Shown here one piece after another: positions 57,476-64,000 of a stretch of DNA of 64,000 bases. Location of the stretch: the NCBI RefSeq assembly GCF_013167455.1, contig NZ_CP038328.1; one strand, 5' to 3'. The position numbers and the translations under genes were made by a program. Numbering within the stretch: the first letter of the stretch is position 1; every line of letters starts with the position of its first letter. Under the pieces are notes generated by a model. The model was not told the origin of the DNA. It did not search any database and was given only the letters and a program-made list of their open reading frames with translations. This stretch comes from Escherichia coli O157:H7. Lineage in GTDB: Bacteria; Pseudomonadota; Gammaproteobacteria; Enterobacterales; Enterobacteriaceae.

Positions 57476-58534
57476 TTACCCTTTGCGATGGCCGTAGACG
57501 CGCGGACGCGTGTAGTAATCGATCAGAGGAACCGTGATGTTCGCCAGCAGGACGGCAAAAGCCACGCCGTCAGGATAGCCGCCGAAACTGCGGATCAACC
57601 AGACTAATAAGCCCGCAAGCGCGCCGAAAATAAGACGACCACGATTGGTCGTAGAAGCGGTAACCGGGTCAGTCAAAATAAAGAATGCGCCGAGCATGGT
57701 CGCTCCAGACAGCAGATGAATTTGCGGTGCTGCCAGTGTTTCTGGTGAGAACAACCAGCCCAACGTTGCGCATAACGCCAGCGTTACTAAGAAGCTGAGG
57801 GGAATATGCCAGCGAATCGCTTTCTGCCATAGCAACCATACGCCGCCAGCCAGCCAGGCGAGATTTACCCATTGCCAACCAGCGCCCGCCAGAATACCGC
57901 TGTAGATCGGATATTGCATAATCTGTTCAACCGAATGACCGGCACGGACAGAGGTTTTAAATGTATCCAGCGGTGTCGCCTGACTAATGCCATCAATACC
58001 TAAGCGTAGTGTGTTCATATCACCACCACTGGCGGTATGCCCGCTGAAAATAACCTGTATGGCGTCGATAAAACCAGGGATGTTGACCGCAATTTCATGT
58101 GGCGGTAACCAGCTGGTCATCTGCACCGGGAAGGAGATCAGTAAGACCACATAACCAATCATTGCCGGATTAAACGGGTTTTGCCCCAGACCGCCATACA
58201 ACTGTTTAGCGATGATAACCGCAAACACCGTACCCAGCACGACCATCCACCATGGCGCGAGGGGGGGAATACTTACCGCCAGCAATAAGCCTGTCAGCAA
58301 TGCTGAGTTATCTTTCAACGTGGCGGCTACCGACTGCTTGCGTAGTTTGAGTACGAGAGCTTCGGCTAACAGAGCACTAACCGATGCCAACAGGATCTGA
58401 ACGAGAGTACCCCAACCAAAAAACCACAGTTGCGCTGCGATTCCTGGCACGGCTGCGAGCAACACCAACAGCATAATGCGCGATGTCTGGCGCTGGTTAT
58501 GGGTATAAGGGGAGCTAGCTATTCTGAATACCAT
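57476..58534 (-). CDS. rsxD: Rsx/Rnf complex subunit D
   Basis: 352 aa; polytopic membrane protein. Confidence 0.9.
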   Translation of the reverse strand: MVFRIASSPYTHNQRQTSRIMLLVLLAAVPGIAAQLWFFGWGTLVQILLASVSALLAEALVLKLRKQSVAATLKDNSALLTGLLLAVSIPPLAPWWMVVLGTVFAVIIAKQLYGGLGQNPFNPAMIGYVVLLISFPVQMTSWLPPHEIAVNIPGFIDAIQVIFSGHTASGGDMNTLRLGIDGISQATPLDTFKTSVRAGHSVEQIMQYPIYSGILAGAGWQWVNLAWLAGGVWLLWQKAIRWHIPLSFLVTLALCATLGWLFSPETLAAPQIHLLSGATMLGAFFILTDPVTASTTNRGRLIFGALAGLLVWLIRSFGGYPDGVAFAVLLANITVPLIDYYTRPRVYGHRKG

Positions 58535-61423
<2,889 letters not shown>

Positions 61424-61424
<1 letters not shown>

Positions 61425-62005
61425 TACAACTTCACCAAACCACTAAAGCCCATAAAGGCCAGAGACATAAGACCTGCGGTAATTAACGCAATGGCATTAC
61501 CGCGAAAAGGTGCCGGGACATCAGCCACAGCAAGGCGTTCGCGGATGGCTGCGAAGAGAACCATCACCAGCGAAAAACCGACAGCGGCGGAAAAACCGTA
61601 CAGCGCCGACTGCAAGAAATTGTGCCCGAGATTGATATTCAGCAACGCCACGCCGAGCACGGCACAGTTGGTGGTGATAAGCGGCAAAAAAATCCCCAGC
61701 AAACGGTAAAGCACCGGGCTGGTTTTGCGCACCACCATCTCGGTGAACTGCACGACCACAGCAATCACCAGAATAAATGCCAGGGTGCGCAGGTAAATCA
61801 GATTAAGTGGGATCAAAATCCACGTATCGATAAGCCAGGCGCAAATAGACGCCAGCGTCATCACAAACGTTGTTGCCAGCCCCATGCCCATCGCGGTTTC
61901 CAGCTTTTTGGAAACCCCCATAAACGGACAGAGACCGAGAAACTTGACCAGTACAAAGTTATTGACCAGTACAGTTCCGACAAACAGTAACAGGTAGTCA
62001 GTCAT
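61424..62005 (-). CDS. rsxA: Rsx/Rnf complex subunit A
   Basis: 193 aa; membrane protein; 1-nt overlap with rsxB. Confidence 0.9.
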
Positions 62006-62081
62006 TTTTCGGCCTGAAATAAAAAAGCCGCCTATTATCCGTTAATCCAGAGCAGGCGACAACAGGTTAACTGTAAGGTTA

Positions 62082-62522
62082 TTACGGATTCACAAACGTC
62101 GCTTTCACCCGCGACGAGCGTTTGAAATAGGGGACGATCAATGCGGTTGCCAACAAAGTAAACAGCAACTGGCGAACGGCTATGCCATCTTCCACGGGTG
62201 AAAAAGCGAACGCTTTTACCGCCAGCAATACGGAAATAAGCAGCCAGATAATATAGTGTTTAGGAACACAACGCCGACGTTTAAAGAAAGCGATGGTCAA
62301 CCACAGTGTGTAATACCACATGGCGATAGCGGTAATAAAAGAAACGCCCCATAAGATTTGTGTCGTCAGTGCTTGTGCGCCGAGCGTTTGAAATGTTTGC
62401 GGAGAAGATAACGCAGCGGTATACAGCAACAACGCCAGCGTCGTACTTAACAGAGCGACTAAAAGCCAGGCCAACGGGCCAAGCAACCAGCCTCCAATAC
62501 GTTGTGGCGTTGTGGTGGTCAT
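62082..62522 (-). CDS. ydgK: Inner membrane protein YdgK (146 aa)
   Basis: Start at second Met (MTTTTPQRIGGW); hydrophobic. Confidence 0.65.
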   Translation of the reverse strand: MTTTTPQRIGGWLLGPLAWLLVALLSTTLALLLYTAALSSPQTFQTLGAQALTTQILWGVSFITAIAMWYYTLWLTIAFFKRRRCVPKHYIIWLLISVLLAVKAFAFSPVEDGIAVRQLLFTLLATALIVPYFKRSSRVKATFVNP

Positions 62523-62607
62523 AGGTTCTCCAGAATAGCGACGCAAACAGGCAAATCTAATTTTAGGGGCGTTATTATAAGGCTTTTATAACCGATCGCT
62601 ACTTTCT

Positions 62608-62823
62608 TTATTGAACATAGTGCCAGACGGACTTCGGTACCTGGCCGAGGTCAAACAAACGCCCGCCAGAAACCAGCTCTGCGCGACGGTGATCGGCAGC
62701 ACGATACATATTGATCAGTTCCTGATCGTCCGTCAGGGTGTAATTAAGATGGTCGTAGAGTTTTTCCAGACTTTCGAGTGAACTGATTTTGCGAAATTTT
62801 AATAAGTAGTCCTGAACAGTCAT
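62608..62823 (-). CDS. cnu: OriC-binding nucleoid-associated protein Cnu (YdgT), Hha paralogue
   Basis: 71 aa; [50 protein letters not shown]. Confidence 0.9.
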
Positions 62824-63095
62824 AAAAGGTCCATAAAATAATTAATACCAAAGGGGTAGGTATTATTAGTGATGATAAAATTTCACCAAAAGTGAACGCT
62901 TGTGTTATTACAATAATAAGAATGCGCTGATGGCAAATATTCAGGGATGAAAAACTGCTATGAAAAGAGTAACGCGCTTTACTATCCCTGACAATCACCA
63001 ACAACACCGAACAAGATAATAAATTCCTGGTTTAATATCCGACAAGTGAAAACATGCACCCTGACGGGCAGCATGTCGCTCTACAAGCGCAGGGC

Positions 63096-63221
63096 TTACT
63101 TGTGTTGTACCGTAGTACTCTGTTCAGGTGGCTGATAGTTGTCAATGTGACTCGCCACGCCAAGAAGAATGACTGAAACGACAAGAACGATCCAACCTGT
63201 TAATTCAATAAGACGATTCAT
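63096..63221 (-). CDS. blr: Small membrane protein Blr (41 aa)
   Basis: Hand translation of minus strand: MNRLIELTGWIVLVVSVILLGVASHIDNYQPPEQSTTVQHK; not in ORF track. Confidence 0.7.
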   Translation of the reverse strand: MNRLIELTGWIVLVVSVILLGVASHIDNYQPPEQSTTVQHK

Positions 63222-63463
63222 TACAACTCACATCTCTGTTGATTGATCCATTAACTTCAGGGGGTAAATGTTACTTAGCAATAATAGCTCCAGCAAGATT
63301 TTTACTGAGGTTTTTGCGATATTTAGCTTTTGTCGTTGGAAAAATCGCTATTTTTTTGACTTAAGTTAAACAACATCCCTTATTGCTGGCAGGTTATTAA
63401 ACTGTTGAGCGAGGGTAAAGGATAGTGTCAAATAGCCATCATACTTCAATGAGAGGCAATGAC

Positions 63464-64000
63464 ATGAGCGACAACATCCGTGTTGGGTTGATTGGGTATG
63501 GTTATGCGAGCAAAACCTTCCATGCGCCCCTGATTGCGGGCACACCCGGGCTGGAACTGGCGGTAATCTCCAGCAGTGATGAAACAAAAGTAAAAGCCGA
63601 CTGGCCAACGGTTACGGTTGTCTCTGAGCCGAAGCATCTGTTTAACGATCCCAACATAGACCTGATTGTCATTCCTACACCCAACGATACCCATTTCCCG
63701 TTAGCCAAAGCAGCGCTTGAGGCGGGTAAACATGTGGTCGTTGATAAACCCTTTACCGTGACACTGTCACAAGCGCGAGAGCTGGATGCGCTGGCAAAAA
63801 GCCTGGGGCGTGTTCTGTCTGTATTCCATAACCGTCGTTGGGATAGCGATTTCTTGACGCTAAAAGGTTTGCTCGCGGAAGGCGTGCTGGGTGAAGTTGC
63901 TTACTTTGAGTCTCATTTTGACCGCTTCCGTCCGCAGGTGCGCGATCGTTGGCGTGAACAGGGCGGCCCAGGCAGCGGTATCTGGTACGATTTAGCACCA
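63464..64000 (+). CDS. ydgJ: Gfo/Idh/MocA-family oxidoreductase YdgJ, N-terminal part (3' end beyond window)
   Basis: ATG 63464 (MSDNIRVGLIGYGYASKTFHAPLI); Rossmann GxGxxS motif; open to window end. Confidence 0.8.
   Translation, partial: MSDNIRVGLIGYGYASKTFHAPLIAGTPGLELAVISSSDETKVKADWPTVTVVSEPKHLFNDPNIDLIVIPTPNDTHFPLAKAALEAGKHVVVDKPFTVTLSQARELDALAKSLGRVLSVFHNRRWDSDFLTLKGLLAEGVLGEVAYFESHFDRFRPQVRDRWREQGGPGSGIWYDLAP

Overview
The window reads as core Escherichia coli chromosome (K-12-like), colinear with the segment ydiJ–menI–ydiH–sufABCDSE–ldtE–lpp–pykF–fumD–ydhYVWXUT–ydhSR–tRNA-Val x2–ydhQ–mdtK–ribC–cfa–ydhCB–purR–ynhF–ydhP–sodB–mepH–grxD–lhr–rnt–gloA–nemAR–ydhLF–sodC–ydhKJI–slyAB–anmK–mliC–pdxH–tyrS–pdxY–gstA–dtpA–nth–rsxEGDCBA–ydgK–cnu–blr–ydgJ. 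Gene identities come from reading the supplied translations and from recalled K-12 gene order and lengths; no database search was run. Coding density is high, with short intergenic gaps and many 1–4 nt gene overlaps in operons. I found no integrase, transposase, IS element, CRISPR array, phage gene or toxin–antitoxin-like insertion, so I do not see a previously undescribed system here. The items most worth a second look are: (1) an in-frame TGA that truncates the aldo-keto reductase ydhF 36 codons early; (2) a 96-nt tandem repeat array in rsxC giving a 772-aa product, one unit longer than the 740 aa I recall for K-12; (3) a strict nonapeptide periodicity in YdhT, inside the poorly characterised FNR-type anaerobic oxidoreductase operon ydhYVWXUT; (4) small proteins absent from the ORF track (ynhF, blr); and (5) regulatory motifs readable by eye (Fur-like boxes at sufA, an FNR box before ydhY, PUR boxes at purR, and a hairpin that may be the 3' end of sRNA RydB).
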